Virus record (IMG/VR): IMGVR_UViG_3300045988_183931
Span: 6,965-70,964 of that record
Length of the DNA: 64,000 bases
Strand: one strand, 5' to 3'
From: a virus
The notes beneath the pieces were generated by a model. It worked only from the letters and a program-made list of their open reading frames with translations. It was not told where the DNA came from and did not search any database. The position numbers and the translations under genes are program-made. This document shows, one piece after another, positions 34,461-43,690 of the stretch (within the stretch, counting starts at the first letter, position 1; the number at the start of each line of letters is the position of its first letter).

Positions 34461-34916
34461 ATGAACAATCAAATTGGACTCAAAGAAGCGTGGGAACAGT
34501 TGCTGGCGTATGACCCTGCTGTCTGGATAGGAGTTTTTACTGCTATCGTTGTTTTTGCTATTGAAATCGTTTTATACAAAAAGGGAATCATTTTTTCGAG
34601 CGGCGAGAAAAAAATAGCGAAGGCAAAAGAAAGCGGGCATATGCTTTCTGCAACACAGGTAAAATGTCGTTATTATGAAAAAAGCTCTGGTGCAAGAAAT
34701 TATGTAGCCACATACGAATATGAGCTTAATGGATTGCACACAAAAAAGGTTGTAACCTCAAATAGTATGCCACCTTTGAAAATCACTCTTTACCACGATA
34801 ACGGCAGAGTTTTTTCGGAGGCTGATGTAAGTTCAAGCCCATCAAAACTTCTTATGTATATTATCCCAATTATCGCTGCAATAGCGGTGATGAAAGCATT
34901 GGGATTTGAGGGCTAA
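34461..34916 (+). CDS. Hypothetical membrane protein
   Basis: 151 aa with N- and C-terminal TM helices. Confidence 0.55.
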   Translation: MNNQIGLKEAWEQLLAYDPAVWIGVFTAIVVFAIEIVLYKKGIIFSSGEKKIAKAKESGHMLSATQVKCRYYEKSSGARNYVATYEYELNGLHTKKVVTSNSMPPLKITLYHDNGRVFSEADVSSSPSKLLMYIIPIIAAIAVMKALGFEG

Positions 34917-34938
34917 ACAGAAAGGAAGATGATGCCCT

Positions 34939-36432
34939 ATGGCGAGAGATAACACATGGACTTTCACTGCTGAGGAAGTCGCACAAATCAAAAAGCTGCC
35001 TAAGCGCCAGTTTAAGCTGGGTGCTGGGAATATCTGTACCGGATATTTCGATGACGCCAATAGTCGCTTCTACGAGTGCAGGGAGGACGGAGAGCTGACT
35101 GGCCGCGTTGGTAGCGCAAAGAAGCAGACGACTATCGTTGTTCCCGCTGCAAACGGCGGCGATGACGCGCCCCCTTCCGCACCTGAAAAGAGGGAAGCAT
35201 CTCGGAGTCCGGAATCCCCCATTCACAGCACTGACACGCCCAGCTCAGGCACGACAGAAACCCCCGACTGGCGCGAACTCAAGCGGCAGGAGGAAGAACG
35301 GCTGAAGGCCGAGAGGCTGCGGGAAAAGGAGCAGAAAAAGCAACAGAAGCGCAAACCGGCGGAAAAGAACGTATCCGCAAGTGATGCGGCAGGAACGAGC
35401 ATGGTCCCTGTAAGTAAAAGGAAGCGGTTTCTGAAAAAGGTCGTTTATCCTGCTGCAGCTATCATTGCCGGTGCCGCTATTGTCTTCTGCGTCTACACCA
35501 CGCTGGCCAACCGCTCTGCACCTATCGGGTTTCAGTACCCCACGACGCTCCAGCGTTCTGATGGAACGACAGTTTCCACGTCCTACGTTCATGGAGATAG
35601 CGTACAGGTGATTCAGGTCACAGACGATATACTGCCGGGAACGCAGTTCTCTAAGGATAATCTTGCCGTAGCAACCATTCCTGCCGACGTCTACAACTGC
35701 GCTGTGGCCATTGGCTCCAAGCTGTGTAATGTGGACATGGCATCCACTGTGGTGGGGAAATACGCGACTGAATATATCGGCGCCGGTCAAATTCTCCGCA
35801 TCGACCAGTTCAGTGTAAACAGCACAGGAGGAACATCAGTTGCCGTCAACCCTTGGCTGGCCGCTGATGAGGAAGATGTGCGAGATTATCTGTGGGAAAC
35901 GGATACCAGCTTCCTCATGTTTGGACGCGAGGCTGTCATTACCATCAATCGCACAGTGGACGACAACAACCCCGCGTTGCGCGAGGAACTCTATGCGGAT
36001 GACCCCACTATCGAGTACACCATCAGCGATAAGGACGAGCATAACCGGAGGCATGAAACCATTAAGCTGAATGCGGTGGTAAGTGACCTCCTGAACGCCG
36101 ACGGAACGCTGCTGTTTGATGTCTATGCCAAGCTGGGAGCAATCCCGCAGGGCGAGTTGACACAGTATGTGAAGAACCATGTTAGCATCGCAAAAATGGT
36201 TCCCTCCATTGTAAGATTCCGTATGACAGAAAAGGCTGCAACCGTGTATGACGCAGCCATGGTCACTGGTGCAGATGCAACACTTACCAGCGGTACGGTT
36301 ACGACCGTGGAGCTGCTGGAGGAGCTGGAAGCAAACACTCCCGAACGCGCCGCACAGCTCAACATCTGCCAATTTGTAGACCGTGTGCTCTGCGGTGATA
36401 CCGCACCTCAGAACACGAACCCCGTACAGTAA
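34939..36432 (+). CDS. Hypothetical membrane-anchored protein with a charged low-complexity N-terminal region
   Basis: 497 aa with one TM helix (VVYPAAAIIAGAAIVFCVY). The segment after the TM helix looks weakly SAF/CpaB-like; this is unverified. Confidence 0.55.
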   Translation: MARDNTWTFTAEEVAQIKKLPKRQFKLGAGNICTGYFDDANSRFYECREDGELTGRVGSAKKQTTIVVPAANGGDDAPPSAPEKREASRSPESPIHSTDTPSSGTTETPDWRELKRQEEERLKAERLREKEQKKQQKRKPAEKNVSASDAAGTSMVPVSKRKRFLKKVVYPAAAIIAGAAIVFCVYTTLANRSAPIGFQYPTTLQRSDGTTVSTSYVHGDSVQVIQVTDDILPGTQFSKDNLAVATIPADVYNCAVAIGSKLCNVDMASTVVGKYATEYIGAGQILRIDQFSVNSTGGTSVAVNPWLAADEEDVRDYLWETDTSFLMFGREAVITINRTVDDNNPALREELYADDPTIEYTISDKDEHNRRHETIKLNAVVSDLLNADGTLLFDVYAKLGAIPQGELTQYVKNHVSIAKMVPSIVRFRMTEKAATVYDAAMVTGADATLTSGTVTTVELLEELEANTPERAAQLNICQFVDRVLCGDTAPQNTNPVQ

Positions 36433-36455
36433 AAATCCGTAAGGAGGAATCCCAT

Positions 36456-37142
36456 ATGAAGAAGTTCATCGCATTGACTCTGGCCGTGCTTATGGCACTG
36501 ACCATTGTGGGCTGTGGAAAGAAAGATAAAGATGAGGACACCGGCGAACCTCAGTACAACCTCGAAAATCCCGAACCCATCCCCGACGGTGAAGAGGACT
36601 CCCAAGGATATATCGGGGATGGCAAGTACCGCAACGACATCAAGTTGAGCTGTACGCTGGAATCCGGCTATGAGGTCACGCTGGGTATGGGCGACAAGGA
36701 TGCCGGCGTCAACGCCATCTACTTGAATCCCACCTGCAACGACCCCAACGGTGCGGCGTTCTATATCAAGTGCGAGCGTACGACATATCCCCTATACTTT
36801 ATGCCGGAAGAATACGCAACGGTCAAGCGGCAAGATTTTTACACAATGGATACCAACAGTATTGCAGCCTTTACTTGGTATGACGATGTGCTGGGAATTG
36901 ACGCGACCTACCGCGATGTAAACAAATTCGGTGTTGCGTGGCAGGACTCCATTCTTGTAGATGGATATAACGGCAATGAAACGCTGACAATCCGCGTATG
37001 TGATAAGGCTACGGGCGAAGACCTTGGCAGCTTTATCGCACACATCAACTACGACAAGGCAGCGGATGTTTACTACCTCGCAGATATGAGCGCGGTCATC
37101 GAAGGCGCCGATACTGAGACAGATACCGCACTCGCTAACTAA
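36456..37142 (+). CDS. Lipoprotein
   Basis: 228 aa. Signal peptide with lipobox LTIVGC. RBS AAGGAGGA. Confidence 0.7.
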   Translation: MKKFIALTLAVLMALTIVGCGKKDKDEDTGEPQYNLENPEPIPDGEEDSQGYIGDGKYRNDIKLSCTLESGYEVTLGMGDKDAGVNAIYLNPTCNDPNGAAFYIKCERTTYPLYFMPEEYATVKRQDFYTMDTNSIAAFTWYDDVLGIDATYRDVNKFGVAWQDSILVDGYNGNETLTIRVCDKATGEDLGSFIAHINYDKAADVYYLADMSAVIEGADTETDTALAN

Positions 37143-37165
37143 AAAAAGAAAAGGAGAGAAAAACC

Positions 37166-37612
37166 ATGCCCGCAATTATCAGTGACTCAAAGCAGCAGCA
37201 GGCACTCCAGCAGGTCTCAGACGGACTGAAAGCAGTCGCAGACATCAATACGATGTTAGATATCGCTGCGAAGGATAACGCCTTTACGGTATCGGCAAAA
37301 AGCCGTAAAAAGCCTGCTATCGTTGTAGATGAACAGGCTGCGACACGCATCCAGTCCGCCATGAAAAACTTCCGCGAAAAAATGGTCAAGAAAATCCGCG
37401 ATACCGCTGAAAGGCAGCGTATTGCACTGTCCGAGGAGGATGAGGCTATTCTCAACTGGGGCGTGACCCCTGTTGCAGCGGAAGCCACAGAAGACGAGGA
37501 CAGCGATGATGGCCTTGTGAACGAGGCCAATACGCCGGAAAACGCCTTTACTCCGGAAGAGTCTGAACCTCAGGAGGATGCAGAAATCGGAAGGCCCTTC
37601 TTTTTCAATTAA
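37166..37612 (+). CDS. Hypothetical acidic protein
   Basis: 148 aa with RBS AAAGGAGAG. Confidence 0.55.
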   Translation: MPAIISDSKQQQALQQVSDGLKAVADINTMLDIAAKDNAFTVSAKSRKKPAIVVDEQAATRIQSAMKNFREKMVKKIRDTAERQRIALSEEDEAILNWGVTPVAAEATEDEDSDDGLVNEANTPENAFTPEESEPQEDAEIGRPFFFN

Positions 37613-37663
37613 CTCTCACAACACGAAAGAGGTCTTGCCACAAGGCAAGGCCTCTTCTAAACG

Positions 37664-37695
37664 CAAAAAAACCGGCCCGTAGGCCGGCTTTTTTC
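37664..37695. terminator. Bidirectional terminator
   Basis: A-run, CCGGCC-CGUA-GGCCGG, U-run. It is preceded by a second hairpin at 37628-37655. Confidence 0.7.
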
Positions 37696-38227
37696 ACTTT
37701 TCCGAAGAAAGCTCCGACTTGACCTCTTCTGTGTCCTTCGCATCGGAAGGCACATAGATTTCTTTGTAGGCCAAGAGATGAGTATTATCTCTTGCACGAA
37801 CATAGATGGTGTACTTAAAGCCGGGATACAGGTCTTTGTTCTTGCGGTCAGGAAGATTAAACACATGAGCCTCTTGACCTTCGTCTTCCCCTGTTACAAA
37901 AACCACCTCTTTGCTGTCCCGTGGCCATGACCGAGACCGCACAGAGCGGCACAAAGCAATATGACACACGATGTCCCCATTCTGCCATTCTGTTCGCAAG
38001 TGTAGGGCAGAATAGACAACATATCCTGCCAGCAAGAGGATAACGCCGGCAAAGGGAAGCATTGCCTTCAATTCGGACTTCTGCAGGCAAAGCGTTGCAA
38101 TGAGGATAACCACAATGGCCCCGGCCATCAAGAGTCCCTTCATCGTGAGGCGCTGCAGAGCCTCTGGATAATCGCGAGTATCGGCGACGATATCGCTCTG
38201 GAGGTCCGGTCCAGATTTATTCACCAC
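37694..38227 (-). CDS. Hypothetical membrane protein
   Basis: GTG 38227 follows GGAGGTG by 8 nt and overlaps the upstream stop. ATG 38143 is an alternative start. Two TM helices. Confidence 0.45.
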   Translation of the reverse strand: MVNKSGPDLQSDIVADTRDYPEALQRLTMKGLLMAGAIVVILIATLCLQKSELKAMLPFAGVILLLAGYVVYSALHLRTEWQNGDIVCHIALCRSVRSRSWPRDSKEVVFVTGEDEGQEAHVFNLPDRKNKDLYPGFKYTIYVRARDNTHLLAYKEIYVPSDAKDTEEVKSELSSEK

Positions 38228-38927
38228 AAGAACCACCTCCAGTTGCAGAGAAAGAAGGTTTGATACGGCGTCCACGGAAAAAGAGCCGTGAGTTCGCTTC
38301 GCGTCCGGTTACTGAGCCGATGACCAATGCCATTTCATCCGATGTTGCCACACCGGTGGCCATATTTCCGGACGCAACAGCCACCTCCATCAGCTTGTCT
38401 GCGGGAACGTCAATTACTGCGGCTACCGCAGCAGCACGAGCCTTCGGCATCTCCTTGTAAGGGTATGTGGAAAAAATATACTGTGCGAGTCCCTGAACGC
38501 CAGCCATCTGTTCCAGATAATCAAGCGTAACTCCCTCCCTGTTCAGATAATCCGCAATGAGAGGATAACCCTCGCTGAAATACCACGAATGAGCACCACG
38601 GATATTGTTGCAAAGCATCACAACATCCGCAACAGGAATGCCCGTTGTCTCTGAAGCGGCGGATATGGGCGCGTCCTTATTCGCGACAAAAAAACCGACC
38701 ACAGACCTTACCTGCTCTTCATTCAGTGCGGGACGAGGATACCTTTTGGCCTTATCATTAGGAAAAGGAATCTTCTGCAGATGCAGATACACCTGCTGCC
38801 GGGAAATGCCAAAGGTATCAGCAATTTCCTGCACAGAGTAGCCGTTCCACCGCATCAGCGCAATATACGTCGCCATGCGCTCACCCCATTGTGCGTTTTC
38901 AGACTTTGTTGTTGTAGCGTCAAACAA
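38217..38927 (-). CDS. HTH-containing putative transcriptional regulator
   Basis: 236 aa with a TTG start after AAAGGAGG. The N-terminal GYSVQEIADTFGISRQQVYLHLQK is a classic HTH. Confidence 0.55.
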   Translation of the reverse strand: MFDATTTKSENAQWGERMATYIALMRWNGYSVQEIADTFGISRQQVYLHLQKIPFPNDKAKRYPRPALNEEQVRSVVGFFVANKDAPISAASETTGIPVADVVMLCNNIRGAHSWYFSEGYPLIADYLNREGVTLDYLEQMAGVQGLAQYIFSTYPYKEMPKARAAAVAAVIDVPADKLMEVAVASGNMATGVATSDEMALVIGSVTGREANSRLFFRGRRIKPSFSATGGGSCGE

Positions 38928-39468
38928 ACCAAATCGCCTCCTTTAAGTAGTCGCCGGCTTCGTAGAAGAAATTGATGGTACAAAGAACTGCGACACACGC
39001 CAAGACAAAAGAAAATGCGTGACCAGCAGCACTGTCCGTCTTTATACCAAATATCCAGAAGCGATGGGATATCGGCCAAAGCAAAGGAACGCCGGCTTTA
39101 TTGAAAAGGTCGAGCAAAATATGAGTTGCTCCACCAATCACAAACGCAAGGATATAGGTCAACCATTCAGCACCCAAAAGCAGCTTCAAGGCCGCGTACA
39201 GTGCCGCCCAAATGAAGGGCGCATGGGTAATACCCCTATGCCCAAAAAGAGCATTTACGGCAGCGGACACGGGTCTATTGCGTCGTCCCGCTCTGCTGCG
39301 CGGAAGGTCTATGTCAGGCGCGAGGGAGCCCGCCATGGACAGTCCAACCATTCCGACACACGGAAGAATGCCGTCCGGCGCCGGAAGTCCAAATGCTCCG
39401 AAGATTTGTGCCTGCACAAGAAGTAATCCTGCCGTGTATCCGGCAAAAGTATGGGTTCGCCCGTCCAA
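38920..39468 (-). CDS. YdjM-like membrane-bound metal-dependent hydrolase (DUF457 family)
   Basis: 182 aa from TTG 39468 after AGGAGGTG. DGRTHTFAG .. APDIDL .. GHRGITH .. GATHILLD are family hallmarks. Confidence 0.65.
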   Translation of the reverse strand: MDGRTHTFAGYTAGLLLVQAQIFGAFGLPAPDGILPCVGMVGLSMAGSLAPDIDLPRSRAGRRNRPVSAAVNALFGHRGITHAPFIWAALYAALKLLLGAEWLTYILAFVIGGATHILLDLFNKAGVPLLWPISHRFWIFGIKTDSAAGHAFSFVLACVAVLCTINFFYEAGDYLKEAIWFV

Positions 39469-39561
39469 TGGTTCACCTCCTAATGTTTTGAACGGGGTAT
39501 AGCACAATAACAAGTTTCTTGTTATTTATCTCGGAAATCACAGGTAAATAACAAGCATCTT

Positions 39562-39573
39562 GAACAAATGTTC
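39562..39573. promoter_or_regulatory. LexA (Cheo/SOS) box-like palindrome GAACAAATGTTC in the ydjM-like leader
   Basis: Perfect GAAC-N4-GTTC. A second, weaker box GAACACTTGTAC (39594-39605) overlaps the -10 of the minus-strand promoter. Confidence 0.5.
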
Positions 39574-39603
39574 TGGTACATCTTTGTTAAATAGAACACT
39601 TGT

Positions 39604-39633
39604 ACTATACCATAGACTATGTTAAAATGTCAA
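39604..39633 (-). promoter_or_regulatory. Promoter of the ydjM-like operon
   Basis: Minus strand reads TTGACA (39633..39628), 18 nt, TATAGT (39609..39604). Confidence 0.5.
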
Positions 39634-39646
39634 CTATGATGCACCA

Positions 39647-41962
39647 TCACCGACGTCCAGAGCGCCGACTCCGCGAAGAACCACGCGACGTACTGCGACT
39701 ACCGGAACGACCACCACCAGAGCGCGAGGAGGCTCCTGCGGGTTTGGTGCTGTTGAACTGAAGCGTAAAGTTCGGGCCCCAATCACTGCGCTGACTGTCA
39801 TCCATCACAAGGTCTGCCGCAAATGTACCGCCGTCCTTCTTGGTCAGCTTCGTCTTATGGACAGGCTTTCCAGCGAGAAAGTTTTTGACATCCTTCTCTG
39901 TGAATGTGATGTGCTGGAACAGAGTCGGTTTTGGCTTTTTCCAGATGGTAAACTTACATCCATTCTTCCAGTTGGAACAACCAAAGCCCATTTTCCCCTC
40001 TATGATGTTCCCACCACAGCGAGGACAGACTCCTATCGGCGTGAATCCCTTCCTTGTCGGGACAATGTTGGGGTCCACTTTAGGATGCGGTTGCTGCAGG
40101 AAATCTTTGAGCATAGCCAGAACGTTTTGTTCCAGCTTCTCCGGCGTCGCCTTCCCCTCATGTATCTCCTCTTGAATGACCCACCACAAGGCGGTGAGGT
40201 CCGGTCCACGAAGGGAATCGGGGAGAATGCGATACAACTCGCGTCCAAGCGGAGTGGAAATAAGGGACTTCCCCTTTTCCTGCAAGAACCCTCTTGAAAT
40301 GAGACCGGAGATTATCTGGTCCCGTGTTGCGCTGGTGCCGATAGCCCCGTTATTCTCCTCCACGTCGGCATCTTTCTTCAGCAGAGTGCTCTTGATGAAT
40401 GGGTCCGTAACGTACTTGGCAATACGGCTCATATCCTTCGCCAGCGTGTACTGTGTGTAACGAGGAGGGGGATTTGTTTCCTTCTCTAAGACCTGAGCGT
40501 CGGAAACAAAGGCATCGTAGCTGCCGGCGGGTATCATACTCAACGCTGTGGGCGTATCTACACCTTCGCGCATCATCACGAGATAACCGGGTTTCAGCAC
40601 ACCAGTGCTGGACGCCTCTAAAGTGGCGCCGTCCGGCAGCGGGACGACCAGCCTTGTTGTTTCCTTCTCAGCGGGCGGAAAGAACTGGATAAGATAATAC
40701 TTACAAATGGCAAGATATACGTTTCGTTCCCGCTCTGTCATCTTGTTGAGGTCGAGACTCACATTTTGAGGAATGATGCCAAAATGGGCTTCAATTTTAG
40801 AATCGTCGAAGCACCGCCCCTTCGTCTTGAAGTCCATACCAAGAATAGGGTTGAAATTTCCTTTTCCTACCGTGTTTATGTTTGCGATAACAGTCCGGGA
40901 GGTGGCGGGAGCTTCCGCAAAGTAGTTTTCGGGGAGATATCGCACCTGAGTACGGTTATATGTAATGGCGTTGTAGTTATCGCGTAAAGACTGCGTGATT
41001 TCCATGGTGTCGTCCAGCTTGTAGCCGAAACTCTTCAAACAGTAGCCCTGCAATTCCAGCATATCAAACGGCAAAGGCGGTTGTTCTTTGGAAATCTTTT
41101 TTGTAACGGCAGCCCCAGAGAACTGTTTTCCGGAAATCATCGCAGACTTGCTCTCCGCGTAAGGTCTTTCCAAGATAAGCCCATCAGTCAGATGAGGGTC
41201 ATCTTTCTTCGGCCTGTACTTCGTCTCAACGACCTTACCCTCAACAGAAGTCTTCGCTGAGACCTCATAGTATTTAGTTTTTACGTGGTTTTCGATAAGC
41301 ATATCACGCTCGACCACAAGCCCAAGGGTAGGAGACTGCACACGTCCAACTGTCAGCGAAGCATTGTTTACCAGCGAATAATACCGGCTCATATTCACAC
41401 CAACCATAAGGTCGGCAACGCTCCGTGCGTAAGCAGACCACCCCATGTTCTCAAAGAGACGGTTATCCTTGAGGTTGTTGAGCGCACGCTGCAGCGCAGG
41501 GATAGAGGTGTCGCCCGTCGCCAAACGGTAAACGGGGCCACGATAACCGTGCCAGCGAAGCAGCTCGTCAATAAGAAGCTGCCCCTCTTCATCAGGGTCT
41601 CCTGCGTGGATTACACAGGAACACTGTTTCAGCAGCTCGCCGATGCGGGCAACGCGCTCATTGGGGTTCACTCCCCTGCCATTGTATTCTTTGATTTTGG
41701 TCTGCCAGTTAGGGAAGTAAATGGGTAGTGCAGACAAATCCCACTTACCAAGAGCGGCATCGTAATCCTCAGGTTCTTTCAAAGACAAAAGGTGTCCCTG
41801 TGAACACACGATGACGTAATCGCCCTTTACGGTCGCTCCACGGTCAGAACGTGCCGTGCCGGGGATAGCTTGAGCAATCAAATCGCCAAGCTGTTTTTTC
41901 TCAGCAAGTATTAGTTTAATGTGGAAACACGACCTTTCACAGCAGGTGTTAAAAGCTCCCAA
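39647..41962 (-). CDS. topB: Type IA DNA topoisomerase (topoisomerase III-like) with C-terminal zinc ribbons and an Arg/Ser/Gly tail
   Basis: About 770 aa. Toprim signatures ILAEK and GDPDEEGQ. CPRCGG...GCSNWKNGC zinc ribbons. The start is uncertain: the ORF track uses TTG 41962, and the conserved N-terminus begins at IKLILAEK. Confidence 0.8.
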   Translation of the reverse strand: MGAFNTCCERSCFHIKLILAEKKQLGDLIAQAIPGTARSDRGATVKGDYVIVCSQGHLLSLKEPEDYDAALGKWDLSALPIYFPNWQTKIKEYNGRGVNPNERVARIGELLKQCSCVIHAGDPDEEGQLLIDELLRWHGYRGPVYRLATGDTSIPALQRALNNLKDNRLFENMGWSAYARSVADLMVGVNMSRYYSLVNNASLTVGRVQSPTLGLVVERDMLIENHVKTKYYEVSAKTSVEGKVVETKYRPKKDDPHLTDGLILERPYAESKSAMISGKQFSGAAVTKKISKEQPPLPFDMLELQGYCLKSFGYKLDDTMEITQSLRDNYNAITYNRTQVRYLPENYFAEAPATSRTVIANINTVGKGNFNPILGMDFKTKGRCFDDSKIEAHFGIIPQNVSLDLNKMTERERNVYLAICKYYLIQFFPPAEKETTRLVVPLPDGATLEASSTGVLKPGYLVMMREGVDTPTALSMIPAGSYDAFVSDAQVLEKETNPPPRYTQYTLAKDMSRIAKYVTDPFIKSTLLKKDADVEENNGAIGTSATRDQIISGLISRGFLQEKGKSLISTPLGRELYRILPDSLRGPDLTALWWVIQEEIHEGKATPEKLEQNVLAMLKDFLQQPHPKVDPNIVPTRKGFTPIGVCPRCGGNIIEGKMGFGCSNWKNGCKFTIWKKPKPTLFQHITFTEKDVKNFLAGKPVHKTKLTKKDGGTFAADLVMDDSQRSDWGPNFTLQFNSTKPAGASSRSGGGRSGSRSTSRGSSRSRRSGRR

Positions 41963-41984
41963 AAGGGCTTATTTCTTCGATTTC

Positions 41985-42013
41985 ATATTAGCACGAACAT
42001 ATAATAATGTCAA
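41985..42013 (-). promoter_or_regulatory. Promoter of the topoisomerase gene
   Basis: Minus strand reads TTGACA, 17 nt, TAATAT. The spacer contains TATATGTTCGTG. Confidence 0.55.
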
Positions 42014-42263
42014 GTACGCGGAGCGTAAAAAGGGTGGCTCATGTGCCAAAATCATTCAAGTCGTAAGGGAGAAAAGCAAAACGTCTAAAAACGTAAAATT
42101 TGGTAAGAATATCTACATTTAGCACAAAAATGAGCAGAATCCTTTAACAAATGATTAAAAGATGTTACACGAAACTGTAACATCCCACAAATTAACACAG
42201 CTTATATTAGGAATAATGTCAACACAAAAGACATGATTGTTCCATTTTTCACAAGTCGTAAAC

Positions 42264-42292
42264 TTGACAAAATTATGTAATCGTGGTAGAGT
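42264..42292 (+). promoter_or_regulatory. Promoter upstream of the 42520 gene, with a leader of about 225 nt
   Basis: TTGACA, 17 nt, TAGAGT, with TGg at -16. Confidence 0.5.
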
Positions 42293-42519
42293 GATATTGA
42301 ATATGGAACATAAGCGCTGGCAGACGACTTTCACTGCCGCAGGAAGCATTTACTCCACTTTTGCGGCACAGAAGCAGCGGCTTGTCAGCGCTATTTCCAT
42401 GTACTCTTGCCAGCCCAATACGCGGGAGCAATATCTCGAATGGCGAACAAAACACGCCACTGTCATCGTTTTCAAAGGAAGAAAGGAAAAAGTAGCAGCG
42501 TAGAAGGAGGTCACGGGAA

Positions 42520-43086
42520 ATGCAGCGAAAACAGAACAGTAGAATCTATGAGCACGGAACCAGCAACGAAGAAAAACAGAACAAAAAAGATAATGACGAC
42601 CTCATTGATGACGTTTGCCAATTCACAGGCAGCACAAGCGACGCTGTCCGGAAGTCTGTAGAAATGGCAGTCAACGACCCTCTTTCCCTTATGGATGTGA
42701 TGATATCCATTATGGAGTTTGGAGGGGACGACCCCGAAACAGCGAAACGGCTTCTCGACATGGCAGAGCTTCGCCTCAAGACCCTTGTGAAGCAGCACGA
42801 AATTTACGGCACCCGTGCGCCGCACGACCTTGTCCCCGAAGAGCAGAGTCTCTGTCGGGCTTTCTCTCCCCGCGAGGTGCTGCGGATGTGGTTGTTTAGG
42901 CGCGAAAATGTCATTGTTACCCCTATCGCCAGTATCTACGAATCCATGTCCGACATGATTACGGACATCTGTGATGAGAATAAGTGGGGCAGGGCAAAGG
43001 GAGAGGAATTCATCCAGCGTGAATATGCGAACCACTATCAGTTTATTGATAGTATCGGACTTATCGTGTACGAGCTGGATGCATAG
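42520..43086 (+). CDS. Hypothetical protein
   Basis: 188 aa with RBS GAAGGAGG. Confidence 0.6.
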   Translation: MQRKQNSRIYEHGTSNEEKQNKKDNDDLIDDVCQFTGSTSDAVRKSVEMAVNDPLSLMDVMISIMEFGGDDPETAKRLLDMAELRLKTLVKQHEIYGTRAPHDLVPEEQSLCRAFSPREVLRMWLFRRENVIVTPIASIYESMSDMITDICDENKWGRAKGEEFIQREYANHYQFIDSIGLIVYELDA

Positions 43087-43147
43087 CAACCTGCAAAGAC
43101 AAATACATTTCAAAATTAAATGTTCGATACTTACGGAAGTATTTCTC

Positions 43148-43179
43148 AGGAAGCAGCCCAATGGTTGCTTCCTTTTTTT
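43148..43179 (+). terminator. Intrinsic terminator
   Basis: AGGAAGCA-loop-UGCUUCCU followed by UUUUUU. Confidence 0.7.
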
Positions 43180-43183
43180 GAAC

Positions 43184-43218
43184 AAAAAGACCGATGGACG
43201 CACCACCGGTCTTTTTAT
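43184..43218 (-). terminator. Intrinsic terminator for the minus-strand 2-gene island
   Basis: AGACCG-loop-CGGUCU flanked by A and U runs. Confidence 0.55.
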
Positions 43219-43219
43219 C

Positions 43220-43690
43220 TTATCCATTTGTGTTCTCAGCGTCCTTTTGCTTCAAGCGAAGGACTCTGCGGATGAATGGCTTTACATAGGTTTCGTCAGG
43301 CGCGAGGGAGTACCCAAGAGCCTCCGCGTACTCCACCGCCTCACGGGACGGCGTTCTCCCCTCGCCCACCTTTCGGATAAAGCCCTGAATGGCTCTGGGA
43401 GCCTCCTCATAGGCTTCGTCGCCCTTACGGGTGTATCCACCCTTCCCTGCCGCTTCCGCGCCGTCGTAGACGTTCCTGAGGCGTCCTCCGCGACCGTAGT
43501 AGCTCATGGATACCTCATCGAATTTCCGGACGCCCTTATTGTCGAGGGACAGATACTTGACATGGCTGCTTAGTTGCGACAGCAGTTCTGGGCCTTTGCG
43601 CGTTACGGCACAGGCGTAGAGCGTTATCCATATAGTTTTAATAATAAGTTTTTCTACAGTCTTGCAAAAGTTATAGTGAAAAGCGGACAT
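43220..43690 (-). CDS. Hypothetical protein
   Basis: 156 aa. Overlaps the upstream gene by 20 nt. Base composition shifts from AT-rich (5' part) to GC-rich (3' part). Confidence 0.45.
   Translation of the reverse strand: MSAFHYNFCKTVEKLIIKTIWITLYACAVTRKGPELLSQLSSHVKYLSLDNKGVRKFDEVSMSYYGRGGRLRNVYDGAEAAGKGGYTRKGDEAYEEAPRAIQGFIRKVGEGRTPSREAVEYAEALGYSLAPDETYVKPFIRRVLRLKQKDAENTNG

Noticed and set aside
42303-42503. 66-aa ORF in the leader of the 42520 gene
   Set aside because: It has no RBS and no recognisable motif. It would require leaderless translation. It is kept only as a note in the intergenic-region finding.
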